A stretch of 64,000 nucleotides of DNA, taken from contig CAVYLP010000001.1 in the NCBI GenBank assembly GCA_963769425.1, forward strand, positions 192,001-256,000, in the 5' to 3' direction. Below the pieces are notes generated by a model. It was not told the origin of the DNA, did no database searches, and saw only the letters and a list, made by a program, of their open reading frames with translations. Position 1 is the first letter of the stretch. Each line of letters begins with the position of its first letter. The DNA comes from Candidatus Bathyarchaeota archaeon (GTDB lineage: Archaea > Thermoproteota > Bathyarchaeia > TCS64). Both the position numbers and the translations under genes were made by a program. This document shows, in pieces, positions 20,062-29,450 of the stretch.

Positions 20062-20544
20062 TTAACCTGTTACGTCGAAGCTCATCTCTAGGAGCTGCTT
20101 ATTGGCGCGGTAACGCCACTTCTCGATCTTGATCCCGCCGACCTCCCCCGTCTTAGCGCAGTGTTGCTTCCCGCAGGTGTTGACGTTCCAGTTGGGTAGG
20201 TGGAAGACCTTGACGACCTTCAGTTCAGCTGGGAGGGGAAAGAGGTCGTATACGTCGTCACCCCAGCGAGCCTCGGCGTCGCCGCGGGTCATCTCGTGGA
20301 CCTCTGTAGGGACGTCCTCCCCGATCTTCTGGTTCGCTGCCTCCTCTATCCTCTGCATCTCCTCGTCGGTGGGCTTCCTGTCGAACTGGACGGTTAGTCC
20401 TCCGTGTGTTCCTTGGCTGTAGGCGCTGGTGGACCACTTGGCGCCCCTGCCTAGGACGTGTACCACCGCCCCCTTCAGTATGTGGATGGCGGTGTGGCTC
20501 CTGACATCATCAGACGCGACCATTTCCAGAACCCATTCAGCCAC
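20062..20544 (-). CDS. AlaX-type alanyl-tRNA trans-editing protein (small)
   Basis: HTAIH and CGKQH Zn motifs, IEEAAN, TGEVG.IKI. Confidence 0.88.
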   Translation of the reverse strand: MAEWVLEMVASDDVRSHTAIHILKGAVVHVLGRGAKWSTSAYSQGTHGGLTVQFDRKPTDEEMQRIEEAANQKIGEDVPTEVHEMTRGDAEARWGDDVYDLFPLPAELKVVKVFHLPNWNVNTCGKQHCAKTGEVGGIKIEKWRYRANKQLLEMSFDVTG

Positions 20545-20632
20545 TCGGAATATAAAATTGGGGGGCAGACGACCCTGACTAGGTAGAGGTCAACTATATA
20601 TTTGGGTGTCAGTTCCTCTACAGGGATAAAAG

Positions 20633-21289
20633 ATGACCGAGACCAAGCAGTACACAGGGCGGCTCGCCCCGGTCAAGAAGTGGCTCGACGGAGTCACCGA
20701 GAAGCACCTAATTAGGGGCGCGGGCATCGTCCTGCTGACGGGTCTGTTGGCTGGTGCCACGGCTTACACAAATGCCTCGAAGATTCAGATCCCCGTCACG
20801 GGAACCGCGGGCGTCGCAGGCATGGTCCAGTCCATAGCCGCAATCGCGGCGGTCATAGTGACCCTACTCGGGTGGGTCATTTCCTCGGTCATCTACCACG
20901 TGGGCGCAAGTGTTCTCGGGGGGAAGGGGAGCCTCAACAGGATGTTCGCCCTCGCGGGGTACGCCTCGATCCCCGCCCTCGCCCAGCAGCTGCTCCGATT
21001 CGTCAACTACGCCATCCTCAACCAGACCGCAATCACGTCAACAGGTGGCATCTTAGGGACGATCCTCAACTACTTCAACTTCTTCTCGATTATCGGGTTG
21101 ATACTCGTAGGCATCGCGGTGATGGTCAACTACGGGCTTTCTGGAAGGAAGGCCGCCTTGGTCGCCCTACTGCCAACGATCATCAGCATCGCCCTCGCCC
21201 TGCTCGCCCGACAGTTATTCGGCGGGTTAACAGCCGCCTCAGCGAATCAGGGCAGCGGCCTCTTCGCCGGTATGAGGCGACTTGGGTAA
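20633..21289 (+). CDS. YIP1 family membrane protein
   Basis: ~5 TM, H..A..LGGKG, GYASIP pattern. Confidence 0.75.
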   Translation: MTETKQYTGRLAPVKKWLDGVTEKHLIRGAGIVLLTGLLAGATAYTNASKIQIPVTGTAGVAGMVQSIAAIAAVIVTLLGWVISSVIYHVGASVLGGKGSLNRMFALAGYASIPALAQQLLRFVNYAILNQTAITSTGGILGTILNYFNFFSIIGLILVGIAVMVNYGLSGRKAALVALLPTIISIALALLARQLFGGLTAASANQGSGLFAGMRRLG

Positions 21290-21370
21290 GCGGGTTTCAA
21301 ACGCATCACGACGAACGACATCTATCTGGACGATACCCATAGTTCAGTGATAGGAAAATTTTCCATTAAA

Positions 21371-21525
21371 ATGGAGGTGCCCAAGTGTTCTCACCTAGGG
21401 GACGAAGGATTCCCAGGAGCCTAAGCCCCCGGGGCCTTACGCAGCCCGTCCCTCTTGGTTCGGCGTCTCGGGGGGGTCTTGAACGCTGCTCCGACCCTTG
21501 AGGCGCTCCCACCTGGGCAATCCAT
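21371..21525 (-). ncRNA. Candidate structured non-coding RNA (~150 nt), family not recognised
   Basis: GC-rich island between AT-rich flanks. Terminal helix UGCCCAGGUG/CACUUGGGCA; inner helices CGCCU/AGGUG, GGGUC/GACCC, GGGACGGG/UUCGUCCC, CCCGGGGGC-UUAG-GCUCCUGGG. G-U pairs favour the minus strand. TTTAAC box upstream, T-run downstream. Confidence 0.6.
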
Positions 21526-21738
21526 ACATTAACCTCAGCGGTTAAACAATCTGCGTTGCATCGTGCATACAACTACGGGAGATTATACCGGAGATCAACC
21601 CCAATTATTGTCTCCTACGACTAAACAATGTCCCATAATATTGACGCGTCGATTAATTGTTGGCGAAGAGCAAACAACAAGTACGAATACATTCCGCTCT
21701 TAACAGTTTTAATGCTGATTAACCTCAGTGGATGGAGG

Positions 21739-22242
21739 TCACGGGGGCGTCCATGAGATGTACCTCGACGTGGTGTACCTCTGCTTCTGAGACACCCCGA
21801 AGCCGCTCCTGATGATCTCCGGGAGCACCTGGTTCGCGAACTTCTCCGTCGGCTGGCCCGGAACTATGCCCTCGCAGTCGGAGTCGAGGTAGATATAGTA
21901 GATCTTGTCCCCGAGCCTGTAGGCGCTGTTGTCGCCGCGGGGGTAGACTGGTTTGTGCTGTATGCGAAAAGGGAAGAGGCGGCAGGCGGTGGGCTTCATG
22001 CCCTGTATAGTGCATATCCACCTGTCCATGAGTGGGCGCTGGAGAACGCAGCGGCGATCGGGGCCGTTCCGGAGGTAGACCTTGCCCGTGCCGTACTCGA
22101 AGACGCCCTGTCCGCAGGCGCTCCCGACCTTCACGAACTCGTCCATGCGTAGGGGGACCCTGTAGCCGACGCAGCAGTTACCACATGCCCTGCACTGCCA
22201 GTTGGCGACCTCACGCCAAGGTATGAGAGTCTTGTCCCCCAT
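21739..22242 (-). CDS. YkgJ family cysteine-cluster protein
   Basis: CRACGNCC, C..., CTIQGMKPTACRLFPF, C.GI. Confidence 0.88.
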   Translation of the reverse strand: MGDKTLIPWREVANWQCRACGNCCVGYRVPLRMDEFVKVGSACGQGVFEYGTGKVYLRNGPDRRCVLQRPLMDRWICTIQGMKPTACRLFPFRIQHKPVYPRGDNSAYRLGDKIYYIYLDSDCEGIVPGQPTEKFANQVLPEIIRSGFGVSQKQRYTTSRYISWTPP

Positions 22243-22397
22243 GTCGGTCTCTAGCCCCTGTATGCTTGAAACCTAAATACTTTGCCGAGACTTACCCCGC
22301 ACGTTAGCGACAAAATCGGTGCTTAGAAGACAGGATCGGGCCATGGAAAATTTTTACATTGTCTGGATCAAATTGGCTCCATGCAGCACTCCCTCAG

Positions 22398-22690
22398 GGT
22401 AGATTAAGGTTCATCGACTTCACACGCGGCGTGATCATGGCGTTGATGGCGTGGGACCACATCGCGGGGTTCTGATACTCACAGCACTATGGGAGTGAGG
22501 GCCTCGGGGGGCTCTTCCCCTACCTGAACGGCGACCTCCTCCCCTTCATAGCTCGTTTCATCACCCTCTACGCCCCCACCTTCTTCTTCCTCTCCGGGAC
22601 CTCCATAGCCATTTCCACGGCCCGGAAGCTGCAGAAAGGTGTGAGCCAGAGGGAGATATCGCTCCACCTCATTAAGCGGGCGGCACGCGC
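22398..22690 (+). pseudogene. Truncated DUF1624 / heparan-alpha-glucosaminide N-acetyltransferase-like membrane protein relic
   Basis: Manual translation GRLRFIDFTRGVIMALMAWDHIAGF*YSQ...ARFITLYAPTFFFLSGTS...SLHLIKR; internal TGA at ~22473, then similarity is lost. Confidence 0.7.
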
Positions 22691-22923
22691 ATCCGACACG
22701 AGGCACAGAGGAAACAACTAGTAACAATGGCTCGAAGCCTCCGAACCAAATAAATAACACTCGCTCACCGAACCAGGGCCGATGCTCTAAAGATAAATAC
22801 GATTTTAAGAAAGCTACTTAGGAAACTCTCAACAACAAGGCTTCCTAAAAATCCCGTTGCATTCTCCTCCACACATTCAGCTATATATAGCGAAGTCGTC
22901 GGGGACGCGTCGCCGGAACCATC

Positions 22924-22978
22924 TGAAACGCGTCGAAAACCGTTGAATATCGATTGAAAACCGTTGCATTCCGTGTGC
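22924..22978. repeat. Degenerate 10-11 bp tandem array (TGAAAACCGT-like)
   Basis: Units tgaaacgcgt, cgaaaaccgt, tgaatatcgat, tgaaaaccgt, tgcattccgtg; GAAAACCGTTG recurs at 22935 and 22956. Confidence 0.55.
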
Positions 22979-23361
22979 CTTCAACATCCATTGAAGGGCG
23001 TGGATCGCGGTTCATTGAACGATGTGAATAGAGGCGGGGTGGGTGGACGCCATTCAATCGAAGGCGTAACCCAGTTTGGATGTGTTCATTCATCGGTGTG
23101 AAGGGTGTCCCGTGGAAACACCTTATTAGTGGTTACCACTTACAGGGAAACATTGCAAGTCGGGTTGACGAGAGGTAAACTCGGGGAAGGCATTCAGTGA
23201 ATCCTCTGAGCCGGTGTTGGGGGTTATGACGATTTAAAACCGGTATTAATCAATAAAGTGACAATGCAGCGCGCTATAATCCGGGCAGGCTGTTGACTGA
23301 GTTCATTCTACCTGCTGTGAAATGAGAGATCCCATTTTCAAAAAAGGATGCTCTAGTACGT

Positions 23362-23529
23362 CTAGTCCTCGCCACGCTTGTGCTTCTTCTCTGCCTCCTC
23401 AAAGTCGTAGAGGTAGGGGTAGATGTCGTTGTGCTGCTTGATGAGTTTGAGTGTGAACCCCGCGAAGACGACTATCATGGCGATGGCCGCCACGTAGATT
23501 ATGATGGTATATACGAGGACTGTGTCCAC
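23362..23529 (-). CDS. Small single-pass membrane protein (55 aa)
   Basis: Not in ORF track. GGTGG SD then GTG: MDTVLVYTIIIYVAAIAMIVVFAGFTLKLIKQHNDIYPYLYDFEEAEKKHKRGED. Confidence 0.75.
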   Translation of the reverse strand: MDTVLVYTIIIYVAAIAMIVVFAGFTLKLIKQHNDIYPYLYDFEEAEKKHKRGED

Positions 23530-23561
23530 TTAATCCACCATCAAGGGCTGTGCGGAGCGAT

Positions 23562-24062
23562 CTATTGAAGCTTCCCCTTGCCCGCGAGGGATAGGGACAT
23601 GACCCAAGCGTCCTCCCCATCGAGGTAGTAGCCATAGTTCCGCTTCGTCTTCGCGAAGCCCAACCCCTCATAGAGCTTGACGGCGGGCTCGTTCCCGACG
23701 CGCACCTCTAGGTAGCACTCCGTCGCTTCGTAGGTCACCGGGCCCCTCTTCATCGCCTCGAGCATTAGCGCCTTCGCCATGCCTCTGCGCCTGTAGGACT
23801 CCCTGACGGCTATGGAGACCACGTGGAGCAGCCGCGCCGGGCTGAGGTTGCGAAGCTTGCTAAAGCCGCGCTCTACCCGGCACATAATGTACCCCTGTAT
23901 CTCACCGTCCGCCTCGGCTACTACGAACGTCTCCGGGAACCTGCTGAACAGCTCCCTGTAGAAGCTGCTGCTGTAGTTCTCGGGGAGGCACTCGAAGTTT
24001 ATGGCCATGACCCTGTTCAGGTCCTCACCCTTGAATGTTCTTAGTGTGAAGCCTTGGCTCAT
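23562..24062 (-). CDS. rimI: Protein N-acetyltransferase (RimI/Ard1 family)
   Basis: LPENY, GYIMCRVE.G, HVVSIAV..YRRRG, YLEVRVGN, YYLDGEDA. Confidence 0.92.
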   Translation of the reverse strand: MSQGFTLRTFKGEDLNRVMAINFECLPENYSSSFYRELFSRFPETFVVAEADGEIQGYIMCRVERGFSKLRNLSPARLLHVVSIAVRESYRRRGMAKALMLEAMKRGPVTYEATECYLEVRVGNEPAVKLYEGLGFAKTKRNYGYYLDGEDAWVMSLSLAGKGKLQ

Positions 24063-24160
24063 CCCCGATTCTCCTTTCAATCAGAGAAACGCGGATTTAA
24101 ACACGTCGGATGCCTCTGCAAGGCTTTTTACCGTTTCGGACGGAGGGAGAATCGAGAGGC

Positions 24161-25276
24161 TTGTCGGGGGACTATCTGGTAAGCGCCGAGATAGACGGCT
24201 TAGTTGAGTCCTTCTTCGTTGTCGAGGAGAGATTCAAGGACAGGGAGACCCCAAACTACATAGTCTCCCAGAAGATACCGGGCGACAAGCAACGCGTTCT
24301 GAAGAACTCCTTCAGGAACTTGGCGGATAGGCTGAGGTCAATGGGGTACCTCGCTGAGTTCAGGTGGATAGTCGGCAAGTACTACGTAACCATCACGCCG
24401 AGGCCAACGGAGGCGAAGAGGAATAGCAAGAGGAACCGCCTGCTCTTCGCGGTGACTGTGGGAACGGTCTTCCTCGATGGCTACCTGAGGAGCGGTAACC
24501 CGGTGCTAACACAAGTTTTAATGGCTGGGACGCCAGTGTTTGTCAACGCCCTCATATTCACACTCGGTATAATCGCTGTCTTCGGCATCCACGAGCTGGG
24601 CCATAAGCTCGTATCGGAAAGGAGAGGGGTACGCGCCTCGTGGCCGTTCTTCATCCCGGCTCCCCCGGGACTCGGGGGGACGTTCGGAGCAGTGATAAGC
24701 CAGGATGAGCCACCCACGAACCGGGACGACCTATTCGACCTCGGACTCTCGGGGCCCTTCTTCGGCTTCGTTGCGTCGATCATAATAGGGATTGTCGGGA
24801 TCTGGCTCTCCTACACGGTGCCCCTCAGCCAGGTCTCGAACTGGGCCGTCGCCTACCCCGAGATCAGGTTCCAGCAGATACCCATGCCCATCGCCATGCA
24901 GATGATTTCAGACTGGATAAGACCCGCCGCGAAGGATACAGTGCTCGTCCTCCACCCCCTTGCCTTCGCGTCGTGGGTCGGGTTCCTCGTGACCTTCGTC
25001 AACCTAATCCCCAGCTGGCAGCTCGACGGGGGACACGTCATCAGGTCCCTGTTCGGGAGGGAGACGCATAAGATCATCTCTATCGCGGGGGTCTTCCTCC
25101 TGATGATCTCGGGTTACGTAATCATGGCGGTGATAATCGCATTCTTCCTGATGAGGGAGGGGACGGAGTCGATGGCGCCCCTCGACGATGTCTCGCCGAC
25201 TAGCCTAACCCGTAAGATCGGCTTAATCGGCTACGCCATTCTCATGGGGCTGTCGCTCATCGTTCTGCTCCAGTAA
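24161..25276 (+). CDS. Site-2 protease (M50 family)
   Basis: HELGH, PFFIP, GTFGAVI, NLIPSWQLDGGH; start uncertain (24110 or TTG 24161). Confidence 0.92.
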   Translation: MSGDYLVSAEIDGLVESFFVVEERFKDRETPNYIVSQKIPGDKQRVLKNSFRNLADRLRSMGYLAEFRWIVGKYYVTITPRPTEAKRNSKRNRLLFAVTVGTVFLDGYLRSGNPVLTQVLMAGTPVFVNALIFTLGIIAVFGIHELGHKLVSERRGVRASWPFFIPAPPGLGGTFGAVISQDEPPTNRDDLFDLGLSGPFFGFVASIIIGIVGIWLSYTVPLSQVSNWAVAYPEIRFQQIPMPIAMQMISDWIRPAAKDTVLVLHPLAFASWVGFLVTFVNLIPSWQLDGGHVIRSLFGRETHKIISIAGVFLLMISGYVIMAVIIAFFLMREGTESMAPLDDVSPTSLTRKIGLIGYAILMGLSLIVLLQ

Positions 25277-25288
25277 TACTCAAGAATT

Positions 25289-26551
25289 CTACTGTGGACT
25301 GGGCGTCACCGCGGGTGTCCCGACTGGCACGGTTGAACACCCGTAGGGAATGACGAGTGTCCGGCGCCCCCTCCTCCCATCACTGGCCTTCATGTAGGCG
25401 TCGTTAGCTGTCCTCGCGACTGTTACACCTAGGGGCTCGACCATGTACTTCGGCAGGCTGGAGACGAGGAATACCTGGCTCTTGAATGTCGCCGCCTTGA
25501 GCACCTGGAGCGCCTCGGCGCCGAGGGCGTATCGCCTCTCCAACTCGGATTGCTGATCGACTTGGGCGAGGGTGCTAAATGTCTCAGCACCCAGTCCCTC
25601 GGGGCACTCGGCGAGGAGTACGATGGCTCCGCCCTTTTTAACGAGCCGCGTCGTTGACTGGAGGGCCCAGGCCGCCGAGTAAAGGTTGTAGTCGTGCTTG
25701 GCGCCCCCCGCGCTCACGATGACTATGTCCGCCCCCGCCTCGGCATTGATCTGGTAGCTGGCGCCGAGTGTGTAGATGGCCTGTCCCCATGTCTCCTCTA
25801 TGGCGCCCGCGAAGGCGGATAGGAGCTTCCCGCGGGGGTTCGTCACTAGTTGGATGGCGAGATCACACCCGGCCAGCCGCGCCGCCTCGAGGGCATCCTC
25901 CTTCACTTGGTTGAGCTCGACGATCCCAGGTCTCACATCTCCCCTGAGAACGAGTTTCTGGTGGGTCTCAGCTGTCTCGGGTGAGGCGAGGCCGGGCATA
26001 ATCGCGGTGTGGGCCCCGGTGAATCCCGTGTAGCCATCCGCTTCCACCTCCCCGACTGCCATCTTCACCTTCGCATCAACGTACGCCTTGTTCATCGAGA
26101 GGGGCGTCTTCTGCTTTGTCTCACCCAGTTTGGCGAGTGTGGTGGTATTCCTCGTGTGCTCTACGAGGTTCACCCCTTTGAGGTCATCGGATGACTTCAA
26201 AGCCTTTAAAAGCTCCTTGCCACTCCGCTCACGGACACCGTTGGCGACTATGACGGTGATCTTGTCCCTAGGGACAATGAGGTTGACGAGTTGTGTGACG
26301 ATAGGGGCGAGGGCGGCCACCGCGTTGGCGGGCATCGTCGTCCCCTCGACTGCGATGGACACCGTGCAGTCTGGTCCCACAAGTTCCTCCAGCCTCTTCG
26401 AGCCACGCGGTTCGGCGAGAGCCCTGTTGACAATCTCCCTAGCGTTGAGTTGGGGCTCCTGCCTCACAGGCTCGGCTATGCTGAGGAGGTCTCTCATGTC
26501 GACGGTTACGTAGACTTCGGTGTTCCCGTAGGGTAGCCAGCATTCCACCAA
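25289..26551 (-). CDS. Lactate racemase (LarA) domain protein, degenerate active site
   Basis: WLPYG start, AL..P.G, T...TP...N, MPGLAS, DIVIVSAGG, LLAECPEGLG, VIPYG. Confidence 0.85.
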   Translation of the reverse strand: MVECWLPYGNTEVYVTVDMRDLLSIAEPVRQEPQLNAREIVNRALAEPRGSKRLEELVGPDCTVSIAVEGTTMPANAVAALAPIVTQLVNLIVPRDKITVIVANGVRERSGKELLKALKSSDDLKGVNLVEHTRNTTTLAKLGETKQKTPLSMNKAYVDAKVKMAVGEVEADGYTGFTGAHTAIMPGLASPETAETHQKLVLRGDVRPGIVELNQVKEDALEAARLAGCDLAIQLVTNPRGKLLSAFAGAIEETWGQAIYTLGASYQINAEAGADIVIVSAGGAKHDYNLYSAAWALQSTTRLVKKGGAIVLLAECPEGLGAETFSTLAQVDQQSELERRYALGAEALQVLKAATFKSQVFLVSSLPKYMVEPLGVTVARTANDAYMKASDGRRGRRTLVIPYGCSTVPVGTPAVTPSPQ

Positions 26552-26713
26552 GTGAGTTCAGAAAGGTATACTATCCTAGAGTTTCTTATTATTATGGGCT
26601 AAAAAGCAGCTCCGGTTTGACTCATGTAATTCCAATTTTCGAGAGTTAATAATCCTATTCGATCCCGAAAACGGTTTATTCCACCCCGCCCCAGCGGGTA
26701 CCGGTGCTATGTT

Positions 26714-27286
26714 TTGCCATCTGAAAAGAGGATAACCTACTATGATAAGCTGGGAGAGGAGAACACGCTGCCCACCTTTGAAGCAGCGAAGAGGAGGGCG
26801 GATGAGTTAGGCATCAAGGATATACTCGTAGCCTCGACCCGTGGCAGCGTCGGGCTCCGCGCAGCGGAGTTCTTCAAGGGGTACAACCTAGTCGTCGTCG
26901 CACATAGCCAGGGCTTCAAGGAGATGGGACGCAACGAGATGTCAGACGACGTCCAAGATAAGATCAGGGGAGCAGGTGGAAGGGTACTCGTGACGGGCCA
27001 CGCCTTCGCGGGTGTGAGCCGCGCCATTAACAGGAAGTTTAACACCATTGGCCCAGCGGAGCTAGCAGCAAGCGTCCTCCGCCTATTCGGACAGGGAATG
27101 AAGGTCTGCGTCGAGATCACTTTCATGGCTGCAGACTCGGGTATGATTCCGATGACGGGGGACGTCGTGGCCATCGCTGGCTCAGGGAAGGGCGCGGACA
27201 CTTCCGTCGTAATAAAACCCGCATACCTCAACGACATGTTCGACCTTTACGTGAAGGAGATCATAGCAAAGCCCAACACCCGCTGA
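26714..27286 (+). CDS. Pyruvate kinase alpha/beta (C-terminal)-like conserved protein
   Basis: GEENT, VASTRG, LRLFGQGMKVCVEI..MAADSG, GADT, EIIAKP. Confidence 0.85.
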   Translation: MPSEKRITYYDKLGEENTLPTFEAAKRRADELGIKDILVASTRGSVGLRAAEFFKGYNLVVVAHSQGFKEMGRNEMSDDVQDKIRGAGGRVLVTGHAFAGVSRAINRKFNTIGPAELAASVLRLFGQGMKVCVEITFMAADSGMIPMTGDVVAIAGSGKGADTSVVIKPAYLNDMFDLYVKEIIAKPNTR

Positions 27287-27332
27287 GCACGCGGGGAATC
27301 AATTTTTTATCTCGTGTCCAGCATGAGAAACC

Positions 27333-27803
27333 ATGGCGAACCTAGTCGAGCAACTCAAGGAACAGAAGAAGATGGAGCTAAGCCACGTCAAGGAGTTAAA
27401 ACCTAGCGTGGCGAAGGCTCAGAACAAACTCGTCGCCGCACTTCTGGAGAGTATAGTACTGGACAGCCAAAAACACGCGGCCATATGCCAGGCCCTCGTC
27501 GATGTTAGGGCAGGCGAGATGCCCGCCTCCACGGATTTAGACAAAGGCGCAGTACCCGATCTCCAACAGGAAATAAAGCAGCTCATCAGAGTCGAGGCGG
27601 ACATGCTGACGCGTGTCGGGGTAATGGCCCGCGAGGCGAAGGATAGGAGGGTGAAGGTGATGATTCAATACATCCTTGAGGACGAAAAGAGACACCACTC
27701 CACTCTTCAGGCTCTCTCCAACATGATGGATCGGGGTAACGTAACTTTAGAGGATTACTTGGAGCTGTTCCAGAAGTATATGGTTGTCCCTAGTAGAGGA
27801 TAG
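27333..27803 (+). CDS. Ferritin-like domain protein
   Basis: Helical; DSQKH and DEKRHH (ExxH-like) motifs. Confidence 0.78.
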   Translation: MANLVEQLKEQKKMELSHVKELKPSVAKAQNKLVAALLESIVLDSQKHAAICQALVDVRAGEMPASTDLDKGAVPDLQQEIKQLIRVEADMLTRVGVMAREAKDRRVKVMIQYILEDEKRHHSTLQALSNMMDRGNVTLEDYLELFQKYMVVPSRG

Positions 27804-27804
27804 C

Positions 27805-28353
27805 TTAGGCGAAGACCGCGAACTTCTCCTTCTTCGCTTTGCAGACTGGGCACTGGTCAGGGATCTCCCCCTCGGTGGTCCAGCCGCAGACCTCGCAGAC
27901 ACCTATCTGTTTGAGATCGGCGTCCCTGTTCTGGTCTGCCGCCTCCTTGGCTTTCGCGTATAGGCCTGCGTGGGTCTTCTCGGCTTCCCATGCATAGCGA
28001 AACGTGATCTCGGCGCCATACTCCTTCTGGTCCTTCGCCACTGCCATGTAGGAGGGGTACATCTCGTTAACCTCGTGGGTCTCCCCGTCTATGCCGTGCT
28101 GGAGGTCCTCGGCGGTTGACCTGCTCCCGAAGAGGGCGCCGCCGAAGGTGTTCTGGGGCCCCTTAGTCATTATGTTTCGGTAGTGGTTGCCCGCGTGTAT
28201 TCTCTCTGCATGGGAGACGGCTGTGAAGAGGCGGCTTATGTTTGGAAAACCGGACTCTGCGGCCCTCTTCGCGAAGATGAGGTACCTCATGTGTGCCTGG
28301 CTCTCCCCGCTGAAGGCGCTGATCAGGTTCAGCTCGGTCATAGTTCTAACCAT
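27805..28353 (-). CDS. rbr: Rubrerythrin
   Basis: AFSGESQAHMRY, AERIHA, GETHE..MYP, AEKTHA, C-terminal CEVCG...CPVC. Confidence 0.93.
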   Translation of the reverse strand: MVRTMTELNLISAFSGESQAHMRYLIFAKRAAESGFPNISRLFTAVSHAERIHAGNHYRNIMTKGPQNTFGGALFGSRSTAEDLQHGIDGETHEVNEMYPSYMAVAKDQKEYGAEITFRYAWEAEKTHAGLYAKAKEAADQNRDADLKQIGVCEVCGWTTEGEIPDQCPVCKAKKEKFAVFA

Positions 28354-28565
28354 TTTTATCACTATGGGGATCATTGGGACGGCGGTTTTTATCGGTTGCT
28401 AGAAGGCGGGGTGGGGAGGGCATACCATACTCGTCTCAACGTTTATGGTCGGCGTACACGTCGACAAGACGTCCCCCCGCCCCGATTCTCCCCGAGGAAC
28501 CCCGATGTATAAACCTGACCAAGAGTCAGCCTCCCCCTTTTATCTTCTCGACCCATTTGCTAGGC

Positions 28566-29450
28566 GTGGAGCCAATCGCCGTCGTCGGCCACATCGCTAT
28601 AGACCGGATCATCAACCGCGGCGGTGAGCGGCGGCAGCTCGGCGGGCCACCCACATACATCTCATTGATAACCAACCTGCTCGGCGTCCCACTTGTCACT
28701 GCGACGAAGGTGGGCGGGGACTTTCCTGACGAGTATGTCTCGGAGCTGGAGGCGAGGGGTCTGGACATCCGCGGCTCCGTTGTGCCCTCTGCGGAGACGA
28801 CGCGCTTCGTCCTAGACTACACTGGCACGGAGAGGGGCCTCGGCTATGAGAGCCTTTGCGACCCAATTGAGCCTCGGGACGTCGAGAGGCTGCCCGACGC
28901 TGCTATCCTTGCTCCCATAGTCGGGGAGATATCAGTGGAGACGCTCCGAGTCATAAAGTCGAGGAACATCGCCCTCGACCCGCAGGGATTCGTGAGGAGG
29001 CTTGAGCCAGGAGGCTCGATAAGTCTCCAACCATGGTGCGACGTTGAGCTTCTTAGCCGCCTATCCGTCTTCAAGGCATCGGAGCGGGAACTGCGCCTAG
29101 TCGCGGGAGAAGGGGGTTGGGTTGGCTTGGAGAAGCTGGTTAGGCTCGGGGTGAAGGTCGCGATTGAGACGCGTGGCGGGGAGGGCGCCCAAATTAGGTA
29201 CGCTAGTGGGAGGATGATCGTGCCCGCATATGCAGGGGAGACGGTGGACACCACTGGTGCGGGGGATGCCTTCATAGCTGGCTTCTTCTCCGCCTACGCC
29301 TTCGGGGAGAGCGTCGAGTGCAGCGCCGCTCTGGGCTCCGCGGCAGCGTCCGCGGTCGTTGAAACAGTCGGGCCCAGAATAAAGATCGGGAGAGCAGAAC
29401 TATTCGAGAGGGCGGAGAAGGTGCTCGACGGGATCAGGCTTCTAGCCTAG
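28566..29450 (+). CDS. PfkB family carbohydrate kinase
   Basis: GHIAID, GGP, VGGDF, DPQG, DTTGAGDAF. Confidence 0.9.
   Translation: MEPIAVVGHIAIDRIINRGGERRQLGGPPTYISLITNLLGVPLVTATKVGGDFPDEYVSELEARGLDIRGSVVPSAETTRFVLDYTGTERGLGYESLCDPIEPRDVERLPDAAILAPIVGEISVETLRVIKSRNIALDPQGFVRRLEPGGSISLQPWCDVELLSRLSVFKASERELRLVAGEGGWVGLEKLVRLGVKVAIETRGGEGAQIRYASGRMIVPAYAGETVDTTGAGDAFIAGFFSAYAFGESVECSAALGSAAASAVVETVGPRIKIGRAELFERAEKVLDGIRLLA

Noticed and set aside
21371-21525. SRP RNA, RNase P RNA, 5S rRNA, tRNA or 6S RNA identity
   Set aside because: Only isolated words match (CCGAAC, CUGGGAA, GUUCAAGA); the required helices, motifs and lengths do not.
28374-28565. N-terminal extensions in track ORFs (PfkB here; also 3550, 8545, 49095 and 55180 starts)
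   Set aside because: They run through promoter or intergenic DNA; domains and TATA spacing support downstream starts.
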